A stretch of DNA of 64,000 nt, taken from contig JBDRYB010000005.1 of the NCBI GenBank assembly GCA_039803205.1, forward strand, positions 1-64,000. Reading direction: 5' to 3'. Made by a program: the position numbers and the translations under genes. The DNA comes from a candidate division WOR-3 bacterium (lineage in GTDB: Bacteria; Hydrothermota; Hydrothermia; JBDRYB01). Shown here piece by piece: positions 9,923 through 20,076 of this stretch. Below the pieces are notes generated by a model that was given only the letters and a program-made list of their open reading frames with translations, had not been told where the DNA came from and did not search any database. How positions within the stretch are numbered: position 1 is the first letter of the stretch; the number at the start of each line of letters is the position of its first letter.

Positions 9923-11355
9923 CCTTCAGTTCTCCTGTCAGGCCTGAGTAGCTCCAATGCTCTAGCAAACACCTCAGCGAACTGATAATCATACTGGCCC
10001 TCACGGAGCTCCTTTAGGGCCCCTGCTCTCTTAAGAATTCTGAGCTCCCTGTTAACAAATCCCGAACCAAATATCTCCTCCATTTTTGCCCTTTTTACTT
10101 TCGAGCGCAAGCCCCTTTTGCTTATTTCATTTAAGATTTCCTGAAGCCCTCTCACCTCAGAATAAGCCATCTGAAGCCTCCATTTGGAAAATTCCGGAAA
10201 CGCCTCCTTCAGGGACTTGGGGCTCAGTAGGGTATTATTTTCTTGGGCGTAGCTCATTTCTTTATTTATAGCCATGTTGAGAAACACTATGACATCCCTT
10301 GGCGAGACCGATTCTTCTCCTTCTGGGAAAAGAGTCAACCTGTTGTATATCCACGACCAGGCTGGTCCTCTGCCCATGTTCTCCGGGAGAAATCGGATCT
10401 CGCTACCCAAAACCTGATCTACCCTCTTCTGAATAAGTCTCATTAGTCCATCACTATCCCAATAGATCTTAGTTATGCTAGGATAAAGATGATCTAGGTT
10501 CCTGAAACCTTCAGCTGTGGCATCCTCAAAGAGGTCACTCCTTAAAAACACCTTAAGCTTCATGTTCTTGAAGTGCCTCATAGTCCTGTATGTTTCCAAG
10601 AGCGACCTCATGATTATCTTTTCCACCTTGGGGTCATCGTGATATATTAGATCGAGCCTGTCCATGAGTATCCAGACCTCAATATTGGCTTCCCCAAAAC
10701 CCTTGTCAGCCATTTCCATGAGCCTGTAAAGTTCGGAAGCCTTTGGGAAGTTTCTAAGCGAGGGATCATCAGAGAATTCGGCCTCAAACTCTACACCTCC
10801 ACCAGTAACCCCACCTGTGGGTGTAAAACCAAGATCGCTTCTGGCCTTTATGCGTCTCAGGCCGTTAAGTCTGCTTATCACAGTATCCCATCTCTTTCTG
10901 AGTTCATCCCCCTTGCTAAACCAGAGTCCTAACTTCCTTAGCTCAGACTGCCATTCCTTGAGGGTTCTGCTCTTTCTGAAAACCTCCTCCGGCAGCTCCC
11001 CCGAAAGGACGCTGAGAAGGTATGAGCGCCAGGCAAGCAGGGCCTTGTATTCGTCAGCTTCTTCGGTATCCCGAAGGGTTTCCTCAAACACCGGTGTTCC
11101 AGAAACGCTATTAGCGAGAATCAGGAATTTATCCTGTAATACGCGTCTCTCCACCCACTCGTGATAGGTAAAGAGAAGCATAGCACTTTTACCCGATCCT
11201 TTTAGCCCGAGCACTATATCATATGAGCCAGACAAAAATTCCAAGTAGTTTCTTGTCTGAGTGAAAAACTGGGGGAGCAGATTCCTTTCGTCCTCGGCCG
11301 CGGTAAACCCGAAAGCCTCGTGAAGGAGCTTGTTTAACTGCTCTTGTTTGTTCAT
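9919..11355 (-). CDS. P-loop ATPase, Sll1717/FunZ-like (STAND-related)
   Basis: FGFTAAEDE N-terminal motif, GLKGSGKS Walker A, ILMDRLD Walker B, KVFLRSDLF, SPRDVI. Confidence 0.75.
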   Translation of the reverse strand: MNKQEQLNKLLHEAFGFTAAEDERNLLPQFFTQTRNYLEFLSGSYDIVLGLKGSGKSAMLLFTYHEWVERRVLQDKFLILANSVSGTPVFEETLRDTEEADEYKALLAWRSYLLSVLSGELPEEVFRKSRTLKEWQSELRKLGLWFSKGDELRKRWDTVISRLNGLRRIKARSDLGFTPTGGVTGGGVEFEAEFSDDPSLRNFPKASELYRLMEMADKGFGEANIEVWILMDRLDLIYHDDPKVEKIIMRSLLETYRTMRHFKNMKLKVFLRSDLFEDATAEGFRNLDHLYPSITKIYWDSDGLMRLIQKRVDQVLGSEIRFLPENMGRGPAWSWIYNRLTLFPEGEESVSPRDVIVFLNMAINKEMSYAQENNTLLSPKSLKEAFPEFSKWRLQMAYSEVRGLQEILNEISKRGLRSKVKRAKMEEIFGSGFVNRELRILKRAGALKELREGQYDYQFAEVFARALELLRPDRRTEG

Positions 11356-12872
11356 TCCTCCTCCGGCAACCTGAACCCAAGCCTCAGGCCCGCGGAAACC
11401 GAGAAGTTTGGCATGAGGGAGCCCACATCAACATCCCTGTCCGTGACGGTTGAGGAGAGGATGTCAAGGGTGTAAGCGAGAGCGGAGGCCTTCGCGCCTA
11501 TACCTATCTCCTGCAGGACAACTCCGCCCATGTTCAGATCCGGTTTTATCGTGAGGCCAGCGCCTCCGTATATCAGCGGAACCGATGGTATGTAGTAATC
11601 CCCTGCCTTCGCGTAGCGCCAGGCTATCACAGAGCCTATCCGGAGCTCTGATTTCGGAAGCGGGATACCAACCGAAGGCGTGAGGTAATTCGTCCCCATG
11701 TATACCCCATCAGCGTTCTCAGCGAGCTCAAGGCCACCTCCAAGGTTCACCACGAAGAGGTTTATACCCCCCCTGACCGCTATGTATTGCAGGAGATTGT
11801 ATTCTATCTCGTCTCTGAGTGTATCAACCGAGTAGAGGATTGATCCCCCGCCGAGAACGAGGCTCCCTGAGATCGTGCTATCAACTGGATCAACTACCAC
11901 ATTATCCTCTGTGGGGGAGAGGCTCCCGGCAACCGTATCCGGAAGGTAAATGGTCCTGGTGTAAACCGTTGTGACAGACGACCTCATCCCCCCCTCAATG
12001 CCCAAGGAGATCCCGAGAAACTTCAGAGGCCTGAGGCTAATCCCGAAGAGGATCGCGTTCTGGCTCCCCTGGACAACCCCGTCGTATTCAGCGTAGAAGA
12101 GAGAATCCGTCTCAGGAACATCAAGGTATACCGAGAGACTATCCGTGTTCCAACCCTCCGCGCGCGGGGCGCAGGCCAGCCTAGCTGAGTCCAGGGAGAC
12201 CCTGCCCTTCGCGTGGAGCTCAGCTGTGTATTTCCTCATCTTGTAACCGAACCCGAAGGCGAAAGGCCCCAGCTTTAGGGCTCCGCCGAAGAATATTGGG
12301 GCCTGACGCATCTCCGCGTCCAGGGCTGGGTAAAGGGTTGCCGTGGCTGAACCGCCCAGCTTCAGTCTGAGCGGGATCGTGTCTGACCCTGCCACATACT
12401 CGTAATCAAAAGATGTGAGGCTTTCGGCCTCTATTGTCGTTCCGAAAGAAAAGCCATCAGGCAGGCCAACAGAAACATAGGAAGGCCTCTGGTATATGAA
12501 CCCCAAAGACGCGAGGCCGAGCCTTCCCCCTATCCCGAAATAATCAAATCCCCCCTGATCGGTGAATGTCCCGTCAAGGTCAACCGGAACGCTGGCCAGG
12601 ACCGTATCACCAGCCTCCACAGGCAGGTCAAAACTAAGACTCGCTCCGGATGATGAGGTCATTGAACCAGCCACATAAAGGTCTATGTTGTTTTTTGAAA
12701 ACCCGAGGACAGAAGGGTTCATGTCCGCGCCGACTATGCCCTCCGAGCGAGATGGGTCAAGAAAACCAGGGTTCAGGAAGAAGAGGCTAGCTGGCGTCTC
12801 AGAGGTCACGAACTCCACAGGAAGGCTCACGGTAGGGACCTGGGCCACAATAGATAAAAATAATCCTAACAT
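11352..12872 (-). CDS. Hypothetical exported protein, probably an outer-membrane beta-barrel
   Basis: Short hydrophobic N-terminus ending AQ; alternating beta-strand pattern; C-terminal SAGLRLGF; SD AAGGAGG upstream. Confidence 0.55.
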   Translation of the reverse strand: MLGLFLSIVAQVPTVSLPVEFVTSETPASLFFLNPGFLDPSRSEGIVGADMNPSVLGFSKNNIDLYVAGSMTSSSGASLSFDLPVEAGDTVLASVPVDLDGTFTDQGGFDYFGIGGRLGLASLGFIYQRPSYVSVGLPDGFSFGTTIEAESLTSFDYEYVAGSDTIPLRLKLGGSATATLYPALDAEMRQAPIFFGGALKLGPFAFGFGYKMRKYTAELHAKGRVSLDSARLACAPRAEGWNTDSLSVYLDVPETDSLFYAEYDGVVQGSQNAILFGISLRPLKFLGISLGIEGGMRSSVTTVYTRTIYLPDTVAGSLSPTEDNVVVDPVDSTISGSLVLGGGSILYSVDTLRDEIEYNLLQYIAVRGGINLFVVNLGGGLELAENADGVYMGTNYLTPSVGIPLPKSELRIGSVIAWRYAKAGDYYIPSVPLIYGGAGLTIKPDLNMGGVVLQEIGIGAKASALAYTLDILSSTVTDRDVDVGSLMPNFSVSAGLRLGFRLPEEE

Positions 12873-12918
12873 TCTGCCTCCTTTGGCCTCAGATTATAAT
12901 CGGGCAGAAGGGCCAGGA

Positions 12919-14646
12919 TCAAAAACCCACAACAGCCTTGAGGACCCTTCTGAGCCTTCCTGCTCTGACCTCAAGGAAATAGACCCCCGGCCTGGCCGGG
13001 AGAAAGACCTGGTGTTCTCCGGGCCCCATTTTCCCCATCTCCCTCACAGAGACGACCCTTCCGGTAGGATCGTATAGTTTGAGGATAATATCGGAGGTCT
13101 CAGAGATATTCATGATAATCCCTATGCCTTCTTTGCCCGGATTGGGCGCGAGGGAAATGCTGAGGCGTCCTCCTGGTTTGCTTTCTACGGCCCCTACTGT
13201 ATGGTAAAACTCCACCATTATTGGTTGCCAAGTCAAGATGAGTTCAACCGAATCAGAAAAGCTGATGTTGGTCGGGTTGCCAAGATAATCGTAAAGGGTC
13301 GCGGATTGAGTCCCTGGTGGCACCTGAACCTTTATCGTATCCACTATCCCTGAGTCAGCCCAGGCTGACATGAGTGTGTAGCTTGGCATGCTGTCCGAGG
13401 TGAACCAAAACAGATAGGAGTGTGATATGGTGTCTGATCTGGCAAACTTGAAACCCGTCTGCTCATTTATCTTTCCAGCTATGAAAGCGAAGGAATGCTT
13501 GGATTCACGCGGAACTGGTGGGGTAAAAGGATCCTTCTTATGGTAAAGAGGTATAAACTCCCAAGTCAGAATAGAGGCGTCGTTCCACATAGGCGCGTAA
13601 CACATCCATTCAACGCCGGAGTAATAAGCGTTGATAATCTTTTTCCATGTTCTTGCCGCATCGTCGCTTTCGGGGATCTGGGTTGGGTAGTATCTGCGGT
13701 CATTATGCCCCAGTTCTGTCCACCAGAAGGGCCTTTGATACCCGTATGAGGCCATTTGTCTCCTCTCGTAATCCACAATTAGAGGAGCGGTTTCCCAGTT
13801 TTCGTATTCGTGAAAACCACGTTTATCGTAAAGAGTGGAGTCCTTGTAGGAATATTTTACGAAGTTTATCCTCCACTTTATTCCTCTGGAGTTAAGGCTG
13901 AGCCATATAGCAAGCCAACCCACCGGGTCAAACATGTATCTCATGTGCGTGTTATAGAAATCCACAATGGCGGAGGTGTCAGCCCCTGAGTCCACCATCT
14001 CCCTTATTATCGCCCAACCCAGGCTGGTTCCTGTCATTGAAGGCCCCACTATCACAGCATTGGGGTTTGCATCCCGGACAGCCCGGACAAAAGTGGGAAC
14101 GAACAGGTCAAAGTATGTCTCTTTCGTTCCATACCAGAATCCCCAATCTGGCTCAGGAACCACTTCCCAATACCTTACTTCGGGCAAAAACTGGCCTGGC
14201 CTTTTCGGATCCGGCGTGTTGCCATCGTAGCGAGCCGCGAGCTCATAGATAAAGTTATACCAGGCGTTATAATCCTGCGGCGGAAACGAGGCCTTACCCC
14301 AATCCCATCCCAGCGAGTCCATCTGGGGTATGTGGGTGGAGTCAACCCACTTGCAGAAGGTCAAATCGTTGCCAACCCAAGCGGGCGAACCAGAAGTCAC
14401 CGTGAGCATTATGTTGAATCCGCTCGAATCAGCCCACCTTATCCATCTGTCCTGTTCGTCCCATACGAAGCTGTCCAATGAAGTGGGCTGTATCTTTCCC
14501 CATTCAGCTCCTCCGTCCCCGCGCCACATCCTGACCCACTTCGCGCCCGTGGAACGAGCTGAATCCGCGAACCACCAGTGGCCACCCATAGCATACGGGT
14601 TGGCCTCTATCTCGGGTATAAAGGTTAAAAGCAAAAGCTCCATCAT
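12919..14646 (-). CDS. Secreted clan-A-like glycoside hydrolase (GH39/GH5-like) with T9SS-like CTD
   Basis: YWEVVPEPD (acid/base-like), FWWTELG (nucleophile-like), CTD APNP...LYDPTGR...PGVYFLEV; start reassigned to the ATG at 14646. Confidence 0.7.
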   Translation of the reverse strand: MMELLLLTFIPEIEANPYAMGGHWWFADSARSTGAKWVRMWRGDGGAEWGKIQPTSLDSFVWDEQDRWIRWADSSGFNIMLTVTSGSPAWVGNDLTFCKWVDSTHIPQMDSLGWDWGKASFPPQDYNAWYNFIYELAARYDGNTPDPKRPGQFLPEVRYWEVVPEPDWGFWYGTKETYFDLFVPTFVRAVRDANPNAVIVGPSMTGTSLGWAIIREMVDSGADTSAIVDFYNTHMRYMFDPVGWLAIWLSLNSRGIKWRINFVKYSYKDSTLYDKRGFHEYENWETAPLIVDYERRQMASYGYQRPFWWTELGHNDRRYYPTQIPESDDAARTWKKIINAYYSGVEWMCYAPMWNDASILTWEFIPLYHKKDPFTPPVPRESKHSFAFIAGKINEQTGFKFARSDTISHSYLFWFTSDSMPSYTLMSAWADSGIVDTIKVQVPPGTQSATLYDYLGNPTNISFSDSVELILTWQPIMVEFYHTVGAVESKPGGRLSISLAPNPGKEGIGIIMNISETSDIILKLYDPTGRVVSVREMGKMGPGEHQVFLPARPGVYFLEVRAGRLRRVLKAVVGF

Positions 14647-14746
14647 GCCAAGATTATAATGTATCAGCATACCCACCTTCCCTCGCGTTCGCTCACAGAA
14701 AACCCAACCCATAGGGGCTGGGCCCTGAATTATCCGAAATAAAGGG

Positions 14747-15006
14747 TCAGCGCGTTATCTCGCAGACCTCCACATGACCGTCAGCATAGGCCAGGAAGAG
14801 CTTCTTACCATCCCTTGATATATCAGCCGCTGTTATGGACGGCTTGTAGTTCCCATTTACATCGTAATACCTCCCATCCTCACCCTGATATAGCTCCTCG
14901 TAGCTCATGGTCATAACGATCTCGGATGCGCCTGTTAAGGGATTTATTTCCACTAGGGCGTATCCTGTTCTGGACCTCGGTATATGCGGATCAACCATCT
15001 TTGAAA
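14747..15006 (-). pseudogene. 3' remnant of a beta-propeller (WD40-like) gene cut by an IS end
   Basis: ITAADISRDGKKLFLAYADGHVEV; abuts the IS terminus at 15007. Confidence 0.45.
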
Positions 15007-15456
15007 CTGACATGGCCCATTTCTAACCCCCCGTAAGTCCTTGTGGCACAAGCACATAGCCATAATCGTCCCAGGGTTATGGGGCTGTAGTAGCCATTCT
15101 CAGCCATGTTGAGAAGGCTCTGGAGCAAAACCCCGCTCTCCTTAGCTTTTCTTCCCACCTCAACCAGAAAGAGCCACGAAGCAAAAAGGAGAAGGATAAG
15201 CCCATCCTTCAGGGAGGGATTATTGATCCTGTTGATGATTGCTCTCATGGAGAGGAGGCTCTTGGCATCCCTGAATGTCTGCTCTATCCGCATCCTGAGA
15301 CGGTATAGTTCAACCGGGTCGTATCCGGGTGGAAGACGATAGCACAGTATATCCCTGCCTTCTTGAGATTCCTCATGAACCTTTCCTGGAACAGGTTCCT
15401 TGAATACAGGCCATCACCCTCGTTCTCCATCTCCTCCCAGCCGAAGCGCTCCCAGT
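15007..15456 (-). mobile_element. Internally deleted IS4-family (IS10-like) element, copy 1
   Basis: Terminus CTGACATGGCCC at 15007; YRLRMRIEQTFRDAKS (YREK motif); 15007-15227 and 15361-15456 are nearly identical to parts of 18088-18485. Confidence 0.8.
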
Positions 15457-15641
15457 TTCGCTATGAGAAGGATCACCTTGTTATCAGCCTCAGCTCCCAG
15501 GGAGTAGATGTATCCTCCCGCGAGGGCAGTGATGGATGAGATGGACTGTATGCTTTGCCAGGAGCGAACCTGGAAGCTATCTGACCCCAGGCACTCCTTC
15601 ATGAACTTGAAGTAATCCTCAACTGCCCACCTCATCAGCAT
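15457..15641 (-). mobile_element. Fragment of a second, different IS4-superfamily transposase
   Basis: RWAVEDYFKFMKECLGSDSFQVRS (RW.IE..F...K motif). Confidence 0.65.
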
Positions 15642-16154
15642 CCCTGACCCTCAGGTCTGTTATCGGGATGAGGGGGTTTCTGAAGCACGAGAGATGAGCC
15701 TTAACAAGGTTCAGAACCTTGTAGAAGCGCCTCTTGCACCTCCTAGGGGGAAAAAGAGGCCAGGGCCACGACCGAGAGCTTACCGCATTGGATTACCCCT
15801 GAGACAGCATCCCTCACCATTGCATAACGCCTGCTATCTCCCAAGACTTCCATCAGTGGTGAAGGATATTCAATGAGTCCTTCCATAAGGAGACAAATTA
15901 TGATGATTAGGGAAAGTTTTGGGTATGGGTCAGATTTCCTTATTTGAACGGTAAAGCAGTAGAGCTGACCCTTTGTCCTCGTTTCCTTTGCATCAGGATG
16001 ATCCTCTCGGTTTTGCCCTTGGTTCCTGCTTCAAGTCTCATGAGGTAGGTTCTGGGCGTAAGAGGGCTGGTTGGGCGAGATGATATTTCCGGGATCAAGA
16101 CGCGCCCTGCAACCTCCTTGTCGCCGAAGCCCCGTAGACCTTATCCTTATCCTC

Positions 16155-16931
16155 TTGATTATCCTTCATTATCATAGGGTAAGCTCTGGCCCGATAATGG
16201 GCGGAGGATGGGTTGTCCCAGCCCAGTTCGCCTTTCACCTCAGACAATTGGAGAGGTGGGGGTTTGTTTCCGCTGAGCCGGGCAATGTCCTCTCGGCTCC
16301 ACCAGGAAGGGCCTTTCTTCTCACCTTTGACGACGCTTACCTTGACATCCACGAAAATGCCCTGCCCAGGATGGCTAAAAAGCACATAAAGGGAATCGTT
16401 TTCCCGGTTGCTGGCTTTATTGGCAAAAGGCCACTCTGGGATGCGACATGGGGGACCCCCGGGATCCACATGGGCATAGGACATCTCCGAGAGCTCGCTC
16501 GCCTCGGGTGGGAAATAGGGTCTCACACCATGACCCACCCGGATCTAACCAGGCTCGCTCCCCGTGCTCTGAGAACCGAACTCTTGGATTCAAAACACCT
16601 CCTTGAGGACCTCCTTGACCGCGAGGTAAGGTTCATAGCATACCCTTTTGGGAGATTCAACGAAAGGGTCAAGGATGCGGCAAGAGAGGCGGGCTATCAA
16701 GCTGGATTCACGATGAGAAGGGCCGCGCACCTCTCCTGGTCTGATCCCATGGAGATACCCCGCATGAGCATCTACCTCACGGATTACTCACTCTACAGAA
16801 AGATGGAACCGCTTTATTCCACCTTGGACTGCTTAATTGAAAGGCTCATAAACCTGAACGCGAGGGGAACCGCTTTCGTGAGACACAGGGCACGGTGGCT
16901 TGGAAGGGTTCTTGGAATGAGGGTTGAATGA
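16155..16931 (+). CDS. Polysaccharide deacetylase (NodB/CE4)
   Basis: ILHYHRV, LTFDDAY, EIGSHTMTHPDL, AYPFG; start likely the TTG at 16155 (the ORF track starts at 16071). Confidence 0.88.
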   Translation: MIILHYHRVSSGPIMGGGWVVPAQFAFHLRQLERWGFVSAEPGNVLSAPPGRAFLLTFDDAYLDIHENALPRMAKKHIKGIVFPVAGFIGKRPLWDATWGTPGIHMGIGHLRELARLGWEIGSHTMTHPDLTRLAPRALRTELLDSKHLLEDLLDREVRFIAYPFGRFNERVKDAAREAGYQAGFTMRRAAHLSWSDPMEIPRMSIYLTDYSLYRKMEPLYSTLDCLIERLINLNARGTAFVRHRARWLGRVLGMRVE

Positions 16932-18011
16932 TCATTTACTCAGGTATTTCTTTGCCCTCTCTATTCCCCTCTTTGCCTTCTCGTGATTCGGATCGAGTTC
17001 AAGGACCCTTTCCCAATAGTATATCGCCGTCGCGAAATCCTCCCACCTGTATGCCTCCACCCCTTTAAGGTAAAGCACCTCTATCTCCTCAGGGCTTGCC
17101 TTCGGCCCTGTCCCTGATGATGCTGATCCCCCATCCTTTGGCTTGGTTGTCTTGGTATCGGTCTTGCCTGAAGGCTTTGTCCCGCCATTACTTGGAGCTG
17201 ATGCAACCTCTTTGGAAGCGGTATCGGGGGGAGGTATAAAGACTGCCGGTGCCCCGGTATCGCGCTTCATGTATTCCCTCTTGAAAGCGATCCCAAAATC
17301 AACCAAAAGCCTATATTGGCCGTAGAACTCAGCATATCTGGCCGACAGGTTCCACGCGGCACCATTGCTGTTGTGATCAAGTCCAAACCCTGGCCAGACC
17401 AGTATTTTGTTGGAATCGGTGAGCCACATACCGCCGCCGCTAAGGGAGAATCCCCAGGCCTTGCCCATCCGGACGCTTACCGCTACATCGGACCTCTTCA
17501 TTCCCCCAGAATATGAAAATCCCCAGGACAAGTTGTTAATGGGGCTACTGTTCATCTCGGCTATTACTGAGAGCGCCTCAAGCCTAGCTAGGTTGATGCC
17601 CACCCCGACATCGCCGGATGGCCCTATCCAGTAAGCCATGGTTCTCAGAGAGAAACCAGGCACATAGGCGCTCTGGCCGTAGGAATAGGAGGTCTGAAGG
17701 GAACCCGATAGGATAACCGAATCCAGTATCGGATAAGCGGCGCTCATCTCCATGGCTTCATCGCCGCCCAGCTCTGCCACGCCCTTGAGAACAGAGGCCC
17801 TGAAGAGAACATCGTATATCCTGAGGGACATACTGCTACCGCCCCTGAATCCGGCCCCCAGATCGCTGGTAAGGGGTATGCCACCATAGGCTGACCAGGA
17901 AACCCCGCTAAAATAATAATCCTCGGATGCCCTGGGCCAGGCATTCCCGGATGAAAGAGCTCTGGAATCCGCGAGGGAAAAATAGGATGCCACTAAGGCC
18001 AAGAAGCTCAT
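16932..18011 (-). CDS. Hypothetical exported protein: beta-rich domain, low-complexity linker, C-terminal TPR
   Basis: LYLKGVEAY..EDF..AI..WERVLELDPNHEKA TPR; S/G/T/K-rich linker. Confidence 0.65.
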   Translation of the reverse strand: MSFLALVASYFSLADSRALSSGNAWPRASEDYYFSGVSWSAYGGIPLTSDLGAGFRGGSSMSLRIYDVLFRASVLKGVAELGGDEAMEMSAAYPILDSVILSGSLQTSYSYGQSAYVPGFSLRTMAYWIGPSGDVGVGINLARLEALSVIAEMNSSPINNLSWGFSYSGGMKRSDVAVSVRMGKAWGFSLSGGGMWLTDSNKILVWPGFGLDHNSNGAAWNLSARYAEFYGQYRLLVDFGIAFKREYMKRDTGAPAVFIPPPDTASKEVASAPSNGGTKPSGKTDTKTTKPKDGGSASSGTGPKASPEEIEVLYLKGVEAYRWEDFATAIYYWERVLELDPNHEKAKRGIERAKKYLSK

Positions 18012-18087
18012 CTCAGTTTACCCTTAAACTGCACACGCACAGCTATATTTTAACCCAATCGCCGTGTTATTTCAACCCTCGGTTTCC

Positions 18088-18640
18088 CTGACATGGCCCA
18101 TTTCTAACCCCCCGTAAGTCCTTGTGGCACAAGCACATAGCCATAATCGTCCCAGGGTTATGGGGCTGTAGTAGCCATTCTCAGCCATGTTGAGAAGGCT
18201 CTGGAGCAAAACCCCGCTCTCCTTAGCTTTTCTTCCCACCTCAACCAGAAAGAGCCACGAAGCAAAAAGGAGAAGGATAAGCCCATCCTTCAGGGAAGGA
18301 TTATTGACCCTTCTTGAGGACCTCAAACAATCTCGTTCTCCCGAACTCCCTATCAGCTATCACTATGAGTGTCCTGGGATAAACGAGCCTCTTGAGATTC
18401 CTCATGAACCTTCCCTGGAACAGGTTCCTTGAATACAGGCCATCACCCTCGTTCTCCATCTCCTCCCAGCTGAAGCGCTCCCAGTAGAGAGGTATGCACC
18501 TTCCGAGCCAAGGAACAAATAGGCCCGCTACGATAATCCCCTCCCTGAGCTCCTTGAGGTATGTGGGGTCTATCACAACAATAGCAACATCTCCAGGGCA
18601 GTATTTCTCAAGCACATACTGAGCGTATAGCTCCTTGAGC
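18088..18640 (-). mobile_element. Internally deleted IS4-family (IS10-like) element, copy 2
   Basis: Same CTGACATGGCCC end at 18088; N-terminal transposase parts (VVIDPT, VIADREFG) joined out of frame to the C-terminus at about 18301-18307. Confidence 0.8.
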
Positions 18641-18695
18641 TTGGATAGCTTAGTCAGGGTGATCCCTCACCCCCCTGGCCCCCTGATTGACCTCA

Positions 18696-19223
18696 TGGTT
18701 TATCATTTTGGGCATGAAGGAGAGGGCCAGAAGAAAGCCCATACTCTGATAGGCTCCGGACTTTGGTTTCTCTCCTCTGGTATTTGGGGCTCTCAGTTGA
18801 GAACACGGCTAAGGTGATGAGAGCGATAACAGGAAGAAATGTCTCTCCCTCAGGGGTCTACAAGCGCCTACTCATGCTCGGGTTTGACCTTGAAGAGAGG
18901 CTCAGGAAGAGAAAGAAGGACTGGCCCGTGGTGCACATAGCGGTTTCACCTTAGGGAGGGCACCTCCTGGATACACGAAGGACATCTTGTTTTGGCTATC
19001 AGATATGCTTGGCTTCATCAGGACGGGGAAGCATTTGGGTTATTATCCTGAGCTCATCACCAACAAAGCGGCCGAAAGGGCTATACTACGCACAAAATCA
19101 AGGGTAAAGACCATAAGAGGTTTCAGCTCTGAGCGCGGAGCCTATTCTGCCCTTCTCATCACCCAGGCCTTTGGTGGGGCATTTGAGCGCGGCGTAGTGG
19201 ACATGAAAACCCTGTTCAGCTGA
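18696..19223 (+). mobile_element. Fragmented DDE transposase (IS6-like) pseudogene
   Basis: HTH-like piece (LGLSVENTAKVM...VSPSGVYKRL) and TNKAAERAILRTKSRVKTIRGFSSERGA lie in different frames. Confidence 0.6.
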
Positions 19224-19514
19224 GATACCCATCGTTTCTCAGACCAGGGGGATATGCCGGAGATCAAAAATAAGCACAGAAGGGGAAAGGATCACAACAT
19301 ATGAGCTGGTCCTTAGAAGGGCCAAGGACTACTGGGATGCCAAAACTAGGAAGGGAAAGAACCTCATCCTTTTATGAGATGGGCTACGGGCTACGATATA
19401 AAGACCCCGGTGAAGAAGGCGAAGCCTTGAAAGTGGTTAAGGGGCCTAATGAGCAGATTTGATTTGGCCCCCCGGATAAAGCTATAATTTCGTTCACAAC
19501 AAAGGAGCGAAGAG

Positions 19515-19928
19515 ATGATTGGAATGATGGCTTTGTTTCTGGTCTCATCAGACCCCATAACCCTCAACAAGCCTGACACCGTCAAGAAATACCTGGCCCT
19601 CCTTTACGATGCGGCGCACAGCCTCCCACAGGATGCCAGGACGCGCGTGGATACCTTCTCAAACGGCATAATCAATGTGAACATCAGCTGGGAAAGGTTC
19701 TACATAGACTACAACATCTTGGAGGACAGGGACGAGCTGGTCTATTTCTCAAAGGATTTCCTGCTGGGCGTCGTGCTTGACAGCTCGCGGATAACCGTGG
19801 ACATCACGAGCAAGAACCACTCCGATGGCACGAAATACTACGCGAGCTATGGCTCTGTGAAGCCAAAGGGCACAAAGATAACTTCGCGAGCCTTCTTCTG
19901 GGAGTGGATAGGCCTGCCGTGGAGGTAG
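19515..19928 (+). CDS. Hypothetical exported protein
   Basis: SD AAGGAG upstream, short hydrophobic N-terminus, coding-like codon usage. Confidence 0.55.
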   Translation: MIGMMALFLVSSDPITLNKPDTVKKYLALLYDAAHSLPQDARTRVDTFSNGIINVNISWERFYIDYNILEDRDELVYFSKDFLLGVVLDSSRITVDITSKNHSDGTKYYASYGSVKPKGTKITSRAFFWEWIGLPWR

Positions 19929-20076
19929 GGCTCGACAAGACCAGAAAAACTATCCGAGAATAAGATCTGGACGGGCTTCGTTCAGGCCTTAAATAGAGCT
20001 AGGCTCAGAAAGGAAGCCCGTGATAAGCCGCCCCAATTCCCTGATCCTACGGAGCTTTATGTTTTATAATATCCGG

